A DNA stretch of 64,000 nt from an uncultured virus (IMG/VR IMGVR_UViG_3300031857_023291) (IMGVR_UViG_3300031857_023291); one strand, 5' to 3'; shown: positions 1-10,328, counted from the first letter of the stretch. The notes: generated from the sequence alone by a model not told the origin. A program made the numbers and translations.

Positions 1-2
1 AT

Positions 3-116
3 GATACTTACTATACTATTGATTGGAGAGGGGGATATGAGGCAAACCTATCTAAGTCTTACTTTAAAACCATAGATGAAATAAGAGAAGAAAAACTAAA
101 TGTATTATGCTTGTAG
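3..116 (+). CDS. 3' end of a truncated small protein carrying the C-terminal tag (..IDEIREEKLNVLCL*)
   Basis: Manual translation of frame starting at nt 3; open to TAG at 114-116; not in ORF track. Confidence 0.7.
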   Translation, partial: DTYYTIDWRGGYEANLSKSYFKTIDEIREEKLNVLCL

Positions 117-310
117 TTTGTAGAAATAATGAACCAAATGGTGGTGAAGTTTTAGAAATAGGGAAAACCTATTTCGTTGAAAGAGTTGAATGTGTTCATA
201 ATCAAATTTATTATAAGCTAAGTGGATTTGATAATACACTTTTTTGTTATTGGAATTTTAATATAGTAAGTCAATTAAGACAAGATAAATTAAATGAATT
301 AGGTATATGA
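107..310 (+). CDS. Small beta-rich hypothetical protein, C-terminal tag (LRQDKLNELGI)
   Basis: ORF track; VVC..LEIGKTY..YYKL pattern shared with 307, 15328, 16757, 50108. Confidence 0.75.
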   Translation: MLVVCRNNEPNGGEVLEIGKTYFVERVECVHNQIYYKLSGFDNTLFCYWNFNIVSQLRQDKLNELGI

Positions 311-522
311 TTGTTAAATTAAAATCGGATAGATGTTCTCGAATCTGTAAATTATATAATTTATCTGAAAATAAAGAATATGTAGCCGAATTGGTAAGTA
401 GAAAAACAGGTGACTGGTATAAAATTAAATGTGATGATAGTCATATAAGAGAGTTTTCAACAAATTATTTTATTACTATAGAAGAAATGAGAGATAAGAA
501 ATTAAATGATTTAGGACTATGA
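307..522 (+). CDS. Small beta-rich hypothetical protein, C-terminal tag (MRDKKLNDLGL)
   Basis: ORF track; ATGA overlap with upstream gene. Confidence 0.75.
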   Translation: MIVKLKSDRCSRICKLYNLSENKEYVAELVSRKTGDWYKIKCDDSHIREFSTNYFITIEEMRDKKLNDLGL

Positions 523-980
523 AGGATTTACATAAAAGATTAGTTGATACTATTAATTCACTTCCTGGAATCGATTTAAACGGTCATAACTTATCACATC
601 CATTTAATGAGATTACTTCAAACTGGGGTGGTGCTTGTCTTTTCTTTTATTCCGATGAAAAAGATACTGAAGGACTTTTCTTTATTATACGTTCTATGGA
701 TGCAAGGTATTGGGAATATGGACACCTTTGGAGAATTGAGATAACAGTTGGGGATCAAATACATCCAAATGGAGATAGACCTATCACTTATAATATTTAT
801 AGACCTTTTATTTCAAAAGAAACCGAAGAAGAATTAGATAAAGAAATAGAATCACTAATTGATAATATGAAATACCATTTCAATCATGATGCCTTTATGT
901 CAGGATTTAATATGAATAGAAAAAAATATGGTTTAAAAGATTGGTTAAGAGAAATGAAACTAAAAGATTTAGGTATATGA
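519..980 (+). CDS. Hypothetical protein, C-terminal tag (LREMKLKDLGI)
   Basis: ORF track; ATGA overlap. Confidence 0.8.
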   Translation: MKDLHKRLVDTINSLPGIDLNGHNLSHPFNEITSNWGGACLFFYSDEKDTEGLFFIIRSMDARYWEYGHLWRIEITVGDQIHPNGDRPITYNIYRPFISKETEEELDKEIESLIDNMKYHFNHDAFMSGFNMNRKKYGLKDWLREMKLKDLGI

Positions 981-1315
981 AAAAATTATGGGAAGACATA
1001 CAATTAATTTATGAAGGTCTTAACTTTAGTAAAAAAATGATAGTAGATGATTTAATGATTATATCTAAAGATAATTACTATCTAATTCATTATGAACCAG
1101 ATGGTTTGACTCCTGTTCAAATTAGAATTGAAAAGGATTATAATTTAGTTAGAATGTGGGGTGGTGATGTTCCTTATGATGTGACAAACTATAAGTTATT
1201 TGTTGAGGTTGGTGATCAAATATACACATCTGAAGACTCAATGATTGAATTAGCGTATAAAGTAATCAAACCCCATTTAAGAGAAGTTAAATTAAATCAA
1301 TTGGTAAAAATTTAA
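977..1315 (+). CDS. Hypothetical protein, C-terminal tag (LREVKLNQLVKI)
   Basis: ORF 941..1315; start moved to ATG 977 (ATGA coupling with upstream stop). Confidence 0.75.
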   Translation: MKKLWEDIQLIYEGLNFSKKMIVDDLMIISKDNYYLIHYEPDGLTPVQIRIEKDYNLVRMWGGDVPYDVTNYKLFVEVGDQIYTSEDSMIELAYKVIKPHLREVKLNQLVKI

Positions 1316-1350
1316 TACATTTTCATTACAATTTTTTGAATATATAAATT

Positions 1351-2349
1351 ATGATACCAAATGACTTTGATTGGAAGTATTATCTTTATTTACACGATGA
1401 TTTAACAAATGCTGGGTTATCAACAGAACAAGATGCGATTAATCACTACACAAAATACGGATATATTGAAGAACGTTGTTATAAAAAAATTGAACTACCT
1501 AAAGATTTTGATTACAGAAACTATTTACTATTAAATACCGACTTATTAATATTTGATTTATCAACAGAATACTTACTAAGTAAGCACTACTTATCAAACG
1601 GATTTAGAGAAAAAAGAAGCTATTTGAAAATAGAACATCATAAAATTGATGATGTAATTGTAGAAACACCAATTTACCTTTTTTACCACATTTGGGCAAA
1701 AAATGATTGGTATGATATTTTTCAAGAACAAATTGAACAAATAAAGTCAAGCGGTTTATGGGAAAATCTAAACAAAATATTTATAAACATATGTGGATTA
1801 GAAGAAGATAAACTAAAAATAGTAAATTATTTAAAATCAAAAAAAGTAATTATTAACATAGTTGAAAATAATTTCGAATTTCCCACACTAATACAAATGA
1901 GTGAAATAAGTCAGAATGAGAAATTTAAAGGAGTTTATATTCACGCTAAATCAACATCCTACTCGCCTAACCATAAAGATAAATGGAAATACGAAATATG
2001 TCGAAAAATATTAGACTATCAAATATTAAAAAACTGGAAAAGTTGCTATACTAAAATACTATCACATGATTTAGTTGGTACTTTATTTAGAATAGGAAAC
2101 ACTGAAATAGATGATTATTGGCAGAATTGGTCTGATGTAAATGATGGTAAATTTAGATTTACCGATCATTTTTCTGGAAATTTTTACTGGTTTGACTCTG
2201 AATATTTTTCAAAAATACCAAAACTTAACAATCAACAAAAAGAAAATAGATTTAATGCTGAATGGTATCCGTTCACAAATCATCCTATTTATTTTAATAT
2301 TTTCAATGATTTTGATTTATGGATAGAAGAATTAGAAAAAGTTTATTAG
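1351..2349 (+). CDS. Putative glycosyltransferase-like protein with two N-terminal FD(W/Y)xxYxxxxxDL..HY..G..E.R repeats
   Basis: Repeat also heads GT2 at 42525; YIHAKS and HFSGNFYW motifs resemble phage/giant-virus glycosylation proteins. Confidence 0.5.
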   Translation: MIPNDFDWKYYLYLHDDLTNAGLSTEQDAINHYTKYGYIEERCYKKIELPKDFDYRNYLLLNTDLLIFDLSTEYLLSKHYLSNGFREKRSYLKIEHHKIDDVIVETPIYLFYHIWAKNDWYDIFQEQIEQIKSSGLWENLNKIFINICGLEEDKLKIVNYLKSKKVIINIVENNFEFPTLIQMSEISQNEKFKGVYIHAKSTSYSPNHKDKWKYEICRKILDYQILKNWKSCYTKILSHDLVGTLFRIGNTEIDDYWQNWSDVNDGKFRFTDHFSGNFYWFDSEYFSKIPKLNNQQKENRFNAEWYPFTNHPIYFNIFNDFDLWIEELEKVY

Positions 2350-2456
2350 TGAACCTATACTTAATAATCAAAAACTACCATCAGAAAATGATTATCCTAA
2401 TAATTTTACAATAAATGATTACGATTTAAATTACGAACCATTTGTTTTTAACAATT

Positions 2457-2483
2457 AAAAAAACCCTCTTAAAAAGAGGGTTT
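2457..2483. terminator. Bidirectional intrinsic terminator
   Basis: AAACCCTCTT-AA-AAGAGGGTTT hairpin between convergent genes. Confidence 0.75.
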
Positions 2484-2486
2484 AAT

Positions 2487-4007
2487 TTAATATTGATATT
2501 TGTTTACTATCACATTCCAGCCTTTGTTATCTAATGATTGTTTATTTATATTTATTAAACCATCAGTTGGTGCAGAAGTTCTTGAAACTTCAGTAATTTC
2601 AAATCTAATATCGTGCGTTTTATCTTTTCCTTGAAAAACCTTTCTACCCATTTCATCATATTTGACAATATAACCACCATTGATATCTTCTTTATAACCT
2701 TCATAACAAAGAAAAAGATAACTATCAACTGTCAAAATCTCTGTTTTTGAAAATTCACCACCAGATATTTCAAAAAAGACAGAATCGTTTATCATATAAG
2801 TTCCATCGGGTAAAATTTCTTTACCGATAAAAGAAAAAGTAGCAGCTATCGGTTTTCCAGATAACTCAATAACCTCAGTTCCATTTGTCCAGTTATTTGG
2901 TGTATCGGAAGTTGCTATGAAAGTTTCACCACCTTTAACATACCCAACGTTTGAAAAGTCATCTCCAATATTCTGACTTTCAATTACATATTTATTTCCA
3001 ACTATCAAAGTGCCACTAGTAGAAGAAAGTTCATCCTCAATAAATGATATATGACAATCACTTTCACCACCATAACTATAACCGTAACCATAAGAACCAT
3101 CAAATACTGAGTTAGGACAAGCAGCATCTAAAGTTTGAAGAATATTATCAACAGCTGTTTGTGAAAGATTTCCATATGGAAAATCAAATCTAATAGTACT
3201 AAATTCATTTATCTCAGATAATACACCGATATTACTAAACGAAACACCTTTTAAATTAGCACTTTTTATGATACATTCAAATACAAATTCTTTATTATCA
3301 TTATCGTCTATACTTGAATACGTGAAAGAAGAAAAGTCTAATGTTAGATACTCAATCGTGTCACTGGATAAGTAATATCTATTACCTGCATTTGCTTTAA
3401 TAGTCACGTCAGATGGACATTTAATACCTGTTGAACTAGAAAATTGACCAAACCTCATTGATTTCAAATAAGGTAGATCCCAAACCTGATTAACTATCTC
3501 TAAAGTGTATGGTTTATTTCCAGATATACCTGATTTTGAATCGAATGGATCTGATAATTGTCTAGTAACACCTTTTCCTCCGATAAAATTTAAATTAGGA
3601 TAATTATTTAAATTAATTTTAGTAGTCTCTTTACTAAATGTAACAAATTCTAATAACATATTAGATAAGTATGTACCCCACTTTTCAGGTAGTTTAACAG
3701 ATGAAAACCCAGGTGCTATTTCCACGCTGTTTTTAATCAATATTAAATTATGACTTGAGTATCTCAGGTCTAAATCTATTTTAGAATAAGGTGATGTAGT
3801 TGATGTTTTACCCATTTCATCACCATTATTTATTACATCGAAGTAATCAGATCTATAAACAAACGGAGTAGGTGATACAGCACCACTGATATCATTTGAA
3901 GATGTTCCGACTACTGAAATCGCACCATCTGAAAATCCAAAAGCTTTGTAACCTTCAGGAGCAACTTGACCTTGTAAACCATCTTCTTTAAAGAATAATC
4001 TTCTCAT
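2487..4007 (-). CDS. Hypothetical, probably virion-associated (fibre/decoration-like) protein
   Basis: 506 aa, S/G/T-rich, TAATATATA upstream; N-terminus similar to 29092..29622. Confidence 0.45.
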   Translation of the reverse strand: MRRLFFKEDGLQGQVAPEGYKAFGFSDGAISVVGTSSNDISGAVSPTPFVYRSDYFDVINNGDEMGKTSTTSPYSKIDLDLRYSSHNLILIKNSVEIAPGFSSVKLPEKWGTYLSNMLLEFVTFSKETTKINLNNYPNLNFIGGKGVTRQLSDPFDSKSGISGNKPYTLEIVNQVWDLPYLKSMRFGQFSSSTGIKCPSDVTIKANAGNRYYLSSDTIEYLTLDFSSFTYSSIDDNDNKEFVFECIIKSANLKGVSFSNIGVLSEINEFSTIRFDFPYGNLSQTAVDNILQTLDAACPNSVFDGSYGYGYSYGGESDCHISFIEDELSSTSGTLIVGNKYVIESQNIGDDFSNVGYVKGGETFIATSDTPNNWTNGTEVIELSGKPIAATFSFIGKEILPDGTYMINDSVFFEISGGEFSKTEILTVDSYLFLCYEGYKEDINGGYIVKYDEMGRKVFQGKDKTHDIRFEITEVSRTSAPTDGLININKQSLDNKGWNVIVNKYQY

Positions 4008-4125
4008 TTTTTATTTTATTTTTATATATTAATTTTAAAAAGATTTTTTTTAAGAATTTGGTCACCAGATAAACCAAAAAAATGGAAATTTTGGGATATA
4101 GATTAATAATTTTGATATATAATCT

Positions 4126-4764
4126 ATGTTAACAACTTTACTAATTATCTTAAATATAGTCTTACTTGAAATTATTTTAAGTATTGATAATGCTGCTGTT
4201 TTAGCCACTATGGTAAAAACCCTACCAGAGAATCAACAAAAAAAAGCACTGACTTGGGGTATTATAGGAGCCTATCTTTTTAGAGGATTAGCACTTCTTT
4301 TTGCTAGTCTACTCATTTCTATAACTTGGTTAAAATTAGTAGGCGGACTTTATTTAATTTTCATATCAATAAAAAGTTTACTTAAAAAGTCAGAAGATTC
4401 AGATTTAAAAGTGACACCTGTGGGATTTTGGAGAACCGTAATATCAATTGAAATAATGGATTTAGTTTTTAGTATAGATAATGTACTTGCTGCGGTTTCT
4501 TTTACTGATAGTTTATCAATAATTATGTTAGGAGTAGGTATAGGTATATTAGCAATAAGATTTGCAACAACCAAATTTATTTCAATAATTAATAATAATC
4601 CTATAGTAGAAAAAATAGCTTATTATGTAATCGCTGGCTTAGGTCTAAAATTAGCACTTTCTTATTTCTTACCAGTATTAAATTTAGAATCAATAGATTT
4701 AGTTTTCTCACTACTTACATTAATTGCATTTATAGCACCTATCATTTTTAAAAAAATGAAATAA
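4126..4764 (+). CDS. terC: TerC/Alx (YkoY-like) integral membrane protein
   Basis: LEIILSIDNAAV, RAL.WG..GAY.FR, DLVFSIDNV motifs; multiple TM segments. Confidence 0.9.
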   Translation: MLTTLLIILNIVLLEIILSIDNAAVLATMVKTLPENQQKKALTWGIIGAYLFRGLALLFASLLISITWLKLVGGLYLIFISIKSLLKKSEDSDLKVTPVGFWRTVISIEIMDLVFSIDNVLAAVSFTDSLSIIMLGVGIGILAIRFATTKFISIINNNPIVEKIAYYVIAGLGLKLALSYFLPVLNLESIDLVFSLLTLIAFIAPIIFKKMK

Positions 4765-4895
4765 TCTTTCATAAGTGTTAGATATCTAAATTTAAATTAC
4801 TAATTTTGCCTAAATAATTTTAATATGAAAATGTTTATGTTTTTTGTTTGTGCTATAATACTATCAATTGCTAACGAATTTATAAGAGATAAGAA

Positions 4896-5243
4896 ATGAA
4901 TTATAATGAAATGAAAAATAAGACTCATAAGAAGTTTGAATCATTAGACTTTAAACCAGGTGACATCTTTTCAGAGATGTTATCTTATTGGGAAGTTATT
5001 ATTAAAAGAGAAAGAGATATACTAACCGTTATCCAAAGAAAATCTAATAAGTTTGAAATTAGAAAGTTCACTATAGAAGAATACGTTAGACATTGTAAGT
5101 ATAGTAGTGGATATCCAGGATATTGGATCGACTTTATGAAAAATGACCCAGATAAGATTATCTATTATATAGAAGCCTATATCGAACAAGAGGACATGAC
5201 TATAGATAAGATTAGAGAGCTTAAACTAGACTTAGTTCTATGA
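4896..5243 (+). CDS. Hypothetical protein, C-terminal tag (IRELKLDLVL)
   Basis: ORF track. Confidence 0.7.
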   Translation: MNYNEMKNKTHKKFESLDFKPGDIFSEMLSYWEVIIKRERDILTVIQRKSNKFEIRKFTIEEYVRHCKYSSGYPGYWIDFMKNDPDKIIYYIEAYIEQEDMTIDKIRELKLDLVL

Positions 5244-5310
5244 GACGATTAATACAAAAAATAATATTCTATTTTTATTTTAAGTATCAAAAGAAAAAGA
5301 GAAAATCAAT

Positions 5311-5721
5311 ATGGGAACTATAATTTTTACAGATATAGATGGTGTTTTAAATACAATCAAAAGAAATGATTGGAACACTATCTCTGTGCAATTATATGAT
5401 GACTTATGCCAAGAATTTAATTTAAAACCAGTCATTACTTCAACTTGGAGAGTTAAACACTCACTTAAAGATTTGCAAAGAATATTTCAACACTATGGTA
5501 TATTCACACCAATATATGACGTAACTCCTATAATCACATCAGAAGGAAGAGGAGGTGAAATAGAAAACTGGTTACAAAATAATCAAACCGATAACTATAT
5601 TATACTAGATGATAATATAAGAGATATAGAATCCTATGGCCTAAAAAATATTGTAAAGTGTAGAAGTTGGATAGGATTTTCAGAACAAGAATATAAACAA
5701 TGTAGAAATTTATTACTATGA
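5311..5721 (+). CDS. HAD-superfamily phosphatase (Swiss-Army-knife RNA-repair-like HAD type)
   Basis: DIDGVLN motif I, ITSTWR motif II, YIILDD motif IV. Confidence 0.85.
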   Translation: MGTIIFTDIDGVLNTIKRNDWNTISVQLYDDLCQEFNLKPVITSTWRVKHSLKDLQRIFQHYGIFTPIYDVTPIITSEGRGGEIENWLQNNQTDNYIILDDNIRDIESYGLKNIVKCRSWIGFSEQEYKQCRNLLL

Positions 5722-6038
5722 ATTTAGATGAATGGTGTCACTACTCAGATATGCCTTCTCCGAAAGCTTATCAAAAAACTATATATAATGATATGACTAA
5801 AAGCGAAATAATATCCAGAATAATTGAGTTAGAAACTCCAATAGTTGAAAGAATTATAAATGATAGAAACTTCAGAGCATCTGATAAAGATGAGTATCAA
5901 TCAAATCGAGAAGAATTAAAGATGCTAAGAGAATTAATAAAAGATGAAATCTATCCACCTTGTTATACAAAAGAAGGTCATACTCAAAGACCAGAAAATT
6001 TAGATAATTGGAAAAAACAAAATATTAAATTAAAATGA
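5718..6038 (+). CDS. Hypothetical protein
   Basis: ORF track; coupled to neighbours. Confidence 0.65.
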   Translation: MNLDEWCHYSDMPSPKAYQKTIYNDMTKSEIISRIIELETPIVERIINDRNFRASDKDEYQSNREELKMLRELIKDEIYPPCYTKEGHTQRPENLDNWKKQNIKLK

Positions 6039-6424
6039 AACTTATCACACTCATACTAGCACTCTTTGTGAGTATTAACCTAATAGCTCAACAAGAAGAT
6101 ACACCACAAATTAAAATGATAATGTCTGAAGAACAAAGACCTTTAGGTGAATGGTATGTTATTAGTGGCGAGAGATATGATGATACTTGGTATATTGACT
6201 ATGAAAATTATTTCGATGCTGAAGTAACTTTAAGAATACTAATCGATAACTATGGATATCAATTTGAAAAAGGTATAAAGAAAGATAAGTTTGCTAGTGT
6301 TGTTGAAACTATTTGGGAATTTGAATACATAGATGAATCAACTAGCGGAACTATGTTAATAACACTTAAAGATATTGGAGACGCTAAACTTTATCGTATC
6401 TCTATGAAATGGACCGAAAATTAA
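6035..6424 (+). CDS. Secreted hypothetical protein (signal peptide)
   Basis: MKLITLILALFVSINLIA-Q signal ending in Gln, typical of Bacteroidota exported proteins. Confidence 0.7.
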   Translation: MKLITLILALFVSINLIAQQEDTPQIKMIMSEEQRPLGEWYVISGERYDDTWYIDYENYFDAEVTLRILIDNYGYQFEKGIKKDKFASVVETIWEFEYIDESTSGTMLITLKDIGDAKLYRISMKWTEN

Positions 6425-7225
6425 TTATAGATTGTAGATATTATAAGCACACTCTATAACAAACTCTAATTTACTTAACTCTAACATATTATCACTATCT
6501 GACGGAGATTCTTTTGGATTCGGATGACATTCTATGAATAGAACATCACTTTTCATAACTGCCGCATATTTTACCATATCTAAAATGTATTTTGATTGTC
6601 CAGATGTTTTTCCCATTTGACCATTAGGTTTTTGTAAACTATGTGTGCAGTCCATTGCTATTAATGACCTTTGACATGATTCTTTTAATTTACTTATGGA
6701 AGTAACATCAACTATTAAGTCGGTATAACCAAACGAGTTTCCTCTTTCACATATAATTAACTTTTTACCACCTGATTTATAAAACTTATCTTCTATAAAT
6801 TTACATACTTCTGGGGATAAGAATTGACCTTTCTTAACTAATGTAGGTTTATTCGTTTTTGCACAGGCTTCTATTAAATCAGTTTGTCTTGAAAGAAATG
6901 CTGGCACTTGTAACAAATCAACCCATTTAACCACCTCATCAATCTGACTAGTCTCATGCACATCTGTAATTGTTAACATATCTAATTGATTTCCTACTTC
7001 ATTTATTATTTTAAGTGCTTCTAATTGACCAATACTTCTAAAGCCACTCTGTGATGTTCTGTTAGCTTTATCAAAACTAGCTTTAAAAACAGGAATAAAT
7101 CCAAATAATTGACTAACACGTTTTACCTCACTAGCTATTAATAGACAAGTTTCTAAATCTTGTACAACACAAGGACCAGCAATAAGTATTTTATTTTCGT
7201 GATTTATGTCCGAGATATCCGCCAT
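6425..7225 (-). CDS. kdsA: Kdo-8-phosphate synthase
   Basis: IAGPC, FKASFDKANRTS, TDVHE, QVPAFLSRQTDL, KKGQF, ERG, D.THSLQ, E.HP.P..S.SD motifs; start uncertain. Confidence 0.95.
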   Translation of the reverse strand: MADISDINHENKILIAGPCVVQDLETCLLIASEVKRVSQLFGFIPVFKASFDKANRTSQSGFRSIGQLEALKIINEVGNQLDMLTITDVHETSQIDEVVKWVDLLQVPAFLSRQTDLIEACAKTNKPTLVKKGQFLSPEVCKFIEDKFYKSGGKKLIICERGNSFGYTDLIVDVTSISKLKESCQRSLIAMDCTHSLQKPNGQMGKTSGQSKYILDMVKYAAVMKSDVLFIECHPNPKESPSDSDNMLELSKLEFVIECAYNIYNL

Positions 7226-7763
7226 GATGAAATTTTGAGTATTCTTTTTTTGTAAATCCCCCTTTATCAATTAATGAAACAACAATAAGGTCAGAGATTA
7301 CTGACATACAAGTAGTTGATGTAGTAGGTGTTAAACCTAAAGGACAAACTTCTTCAACTGGACCATACACTATGGATAGTTTGCAATTATCTTTTAAGAT
7401 TTCATCTAATTGACCTACTATTGCTAAAATAGGATTTTGATAATTTAATTGATTGACTAATTCAATAAGCTCTAAAACTTCACGAGTTTTTCCAGAATTA
7501 CTAAAAACAATCACAATATCTCCTGGTTGAATTATTCCTAAATCACCATGTTGAGCTTCTGATGGATGTAAAAAATATGCAGGGGTTCCTGTAGAAGTTA
7601 ACGTAGTAGCGAATGTGTGAGCAATATGTCCTGCTTTACCCATACCAGAGGTTATTACTTTACCACTACTATCGTGGATAAAATTAACTAAATCTTCTAT
7701 CTGTTGTAAAGGTAGATTTTGTAAGTATTCAATCTCTTTACTTATTATTTTTTTATAGTCCAT
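7191..7763 (-). CDS. kdsD: Arabinose-5-phosphate isomerase, SIS domain only (no CBS)
   Basis: GMGKAGHIA, LHPSEAQHGDLG, SNSGKTREV, CPLGLTPTTST, FHHGGYLG. Confidence 0.92.
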   Translation of the reverse strand: MDYKKIISKEIEYLQNLPLQQIEDLVNFIHDSSGKVITSGMGKAGHIAHTFATTLTSTGTPAYFLHPSEAQHGDLGIIQPGDIVIVFSNSGKTREVLELIELVNQLNYQNPILAIVGQLDEILKDNCKLSIVYGPVEEVCPLGLTPTTSTTCMSVISDLIVVSLIDKGGFTKKEYSKFHHGGYLGHKSRK

Positions 7764-8430
7764 TTTGTTTCATTAAATAGTATTCCCATAACCATTCTTT
7801 TGAAAAGTCACAATCTATATATTGTTTAAACCAAGGACCTCCCTCTGTAAAGTGTATAGCTTTTGGATTTTTGATATCATTATACCAACCTACTAAATAA
7901 TTCCAAGTGTGATTGATTTCTCCTATTTCAGAATCGTCTAACCAATTTAACCGATGTAGATATTGTGGGGTTTCATTATTAACTAAGTCTTTAGTCAATT
8001 TTTGGTTAGATGCATGGTCACAATTAAATACCATAAGTGATGACCAGTTTTTTCTTGGATAATGGTGTTGTAACTTACCATCCATTTTAGTAGACTCAGT
8101 TGGTTTATAATCATGTTTTACAACTGATATAGCTTTTGATAAATCTATTTCATCAATAAGTTTTTTGATATCTTCTAATACTAAAAAATCACAATCCATA
8201 AAAATAGATATGCCTTTGTAATCAGATAGATAGGGAACTAAAAATCGAGTTATTGAAAACTCAGTTGAAGCTAATTTATCTTCTGGTCTTAAATAAACAC
8301 CACTACTTCTTAATTCACTTTGTATAAGAGGCATTATTTGTATGTCTTTATTTCTAGTCTGTATAGAATATTTACATACATCATAAGCTATCTTTTCTCT
8401 ACTATCAAAACCTATGAATACCTTAATCAT
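7753..8430 (-). CDS. GT-A glycosyltransferase (GT8-like / CDI-like)
   Basis: STEFSITRFLVP, FMDCD (DxD), YPRKNWSS, WNYLVG, HFTEGGPW. Confidence 0.85.
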   Translation of the reverse strand: MIKVFIGFDSREKIAYDVCKYSIQTRNKDIQIMPLIQSELRSSGVYLRPEDKLASTEFSITRFLVPYLSDYKGISIFMDCDFLVLEDIKKLIDEIDLSKAISVVKHDYKPTESTKMDGKLQHHYPRKNWSSLMVFNCDHASNQKLTKDLVNNETPQYLHRLNWLDDSEIGEINHTWNYLVGWYNDIKNPKAIHFTEGGPWFKQYIDCDFSKEWLWEYYLMKQNGL

Positions 8431-9028
8431 ATATAATTGTTAAATTTTTATTAGATAGTAATTGAGATTTCAAGTATTGTTGCTCCCAATTTGGATTATG
8501 ACATTTAGCATCTGGATCAAATTCTCCAGAAAATCCTAACAATATAATATTATCATCTCCAGTAGCCAAGAATTTATTAACATAAAGATAAGCTATTAAA
8601 CCGGTACTTGGGACTTTGCCTGGTAAGTCTAATTCAGATATTTGAGAAACTTCTTTCGATATATCACATAGTTTACTATAATCAAAATCGATATCATTTA
8701 GGTAAGGTCTTAAATCATTTTCAGTGTTTTCTAAACTTCTTATATTATCTTTAGATGTACCATCACCTGTGATTAAATAAATTGATTTATATAAGTGTTG
8801 ATTTTTTTTAAAGATATCACCACGCGGACTTTCCGGTTTATTAAACCACCAAACTAAATTTCTAATAAATAAAACTTTGTTTTTATGATTTCTTATCTTA
8901 GGCCATTTTATGGGAGTTTGTCTACCAAAAACGATTACTATATCCTCAGGATTTAAATCTATAGAGAAATCAACAAATTTCTTTTTAGAAAAAAGTTTAT
9001 CATTATTAGCAATTAATATAAATTTCAT
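8423..9028 (-). CDS. GT29-like (sialyl/Kdo-transferase-like) glycosyltransferase
   Basis: PSTGLIA...LLGF...HxxxxE resembles sialylmotifs S and VS. Confidence 0.55.
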   Translation of the reverse strand: MKFILIANNDKLFSKKKFVDFSIDLNPEDIVIVFGRQTPIKWPKIRNHKNKVLFIRNLVWWFNKPESPRGDIFKKNQHLYKSIYLITGDGTSKDNIRSLENTENDLRPYLNDIDFDYSKLCDISKEVSQISELDLPGKVPSTGLIAYLYVNKFLATGDDNIILLGFSGEFDPDAKCHNPNWEQQYLKSQLLSNKNLTIIYD

Positions 9029-9039
9029 AGAGTTAAAAT

Positions 9040-9068
9040 TATATATTAACTTGTAAGTTTAATATATA
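9040..9068. promoter_or_regulatory. Back-to-back TAATATATA putative phage late promoters (minus 9040-9048, plus 9060-9068)
   Basis: Exact motif in both orientations before divergent genes. Confidence 0.7.
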
Positions 9069-9072
9069 ATCT

Positions 9073-10278
9073 ATGCAAATCAAAAAGTATAATCAATTTA
9101 TCTTAGAAAGATTGGGTGTTCCTGAAAATATCGTACAATCAGCACAATTACTTTATGACTCTATTGTTGATAAATTTAGCCAAATGGATACAAAATATCT
9201 ATTTTCTCACTTAGAGAAAGCAGGTAAAATTGAAATTAATGAAACTATAGCTATTAAAATACTAATATCTGAATTAACATTTAACACCGTAAATTTTAAT
9301 ATAGTTATACATCTTAATGAAAACTATACTGATATAGATGTTGCTTCTTGGGGAGTTGCTGTTGATGCATCAGATGAATCAAATTACAAACTATTATATG
9401 ATAAGCAAAATGATACAATTAACTTACAAGTTAATTTTATTTCAGCCAGTGATAATAATTTCTCTGATGTAATCAGTTATCTACAAAAAGAAAAGGCAAA
9501 AACAATTGGTATACTATCACACGAATTAAAACACGTATATGATAAATATATGATTGGTTATCAAATGCTGAGTGATATCATAGATTATCAATCGTGGTCA
9601 AGAACATCAACTGGGTTCAGTCAATTAGATAAGTTTTTTTATTATCTTTATTTAACATCTGAGTCTGAAAACTTAGTTAGACCATCTGAAATTGCTGGAT
9701 ATATTGTTGCAAGTGATATTACTAAATCAGAGTTTAAAGAATTCTTAGAAAAGACTAGAATCTATAAAGAGTTAATTGAAATTAAAAACTGGTCTTACGA
9801 AGGTCTTAAAAAAGACCTACTTAATAATATGAAAGATATCAGACAAAAATTTGATGGTATACCAGATGGAGAGTCAGATTTAGATGTATTACAAGTGTTA
9901 TTAGGAATTGCATACAAATCGGTATTTGATAAATCATCAGAGATATTAGAAGATATTTTAGGTCTTAATAATCCGATTAAAAAACTATTAGGTAAAATTA
10001 AAGAATCCGACATACAATTTTATAATGATTATTTTAGTAAACGAGTATTTAAAAATTATGATGAATTCTTTCTTTTCTGGCAGAAAAAGCTTAACTTTGT
10101 ATCCGAAGAAGTAATTAAGAAAATCTCTAAACTATACGATATGTGTAAAGATGAAGGAGTAAATCCACTTATGGCAAGAATAAATGACCGAGTAAAAGGT
10201 CAATGTATAGTTAATCCTAAAGCTTATAAAGAAATCGTATTAGGCACTAAAGTAGATAAAGTAAAATATACTAAATAA
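9073..10278 (+). CDS. Hypothetical protein with N-terminal tag and HExxH motif
   Basis: MQIKKYNQFILE; SHELKH possible zincin site. Confidence 0.6.
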   Translation: MQIKKYNQFILERLGVPENIVQSAQLLYDSIVDKFSQMDTKYLFSHLEKAGKIEINETIAIKILISELTFNTVNFNIVIHLNENYTDIDVASWGVAVDASDESNYKLLYDKQNDTINLQVNFISASDNNFSDVISYLQKEKAKTIGILSHELKHVYDKYMIGYQMLSDIIDYQSWSRTSTGFSQLDKFFYYLYLTSESENLVRPSEIAGYIVASDITKSEFKEFLEKTRIYKELIEIKNWSYEGLKKDLLNNMKDIRQKFDGIPDGESDLDVLQVLLGIAYKSVFDKSSEILEDILGLNNPIKKLLGKIKESDIQFYNDYFSKRVFKNYDEFFLFWQKKLNFVSEEVIKKISKLYDMCKDEGVNPLMARINDRVKGQCIVNPKAYKEIVLGTKVDKVKYTK

Positions 10279-10328
10279 TAATTTTAGATTTTAATTTTAA
10301 TATATAACTAAAATTAAAATTTTTTATT

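Noticed and set aside
5311..5721. HAD protein as the missing KdsC of the Kdo operon
   Set aside because: Opposite strand, separate operon; motifs fit the RNA-repair-type HAD rather than KdsC.
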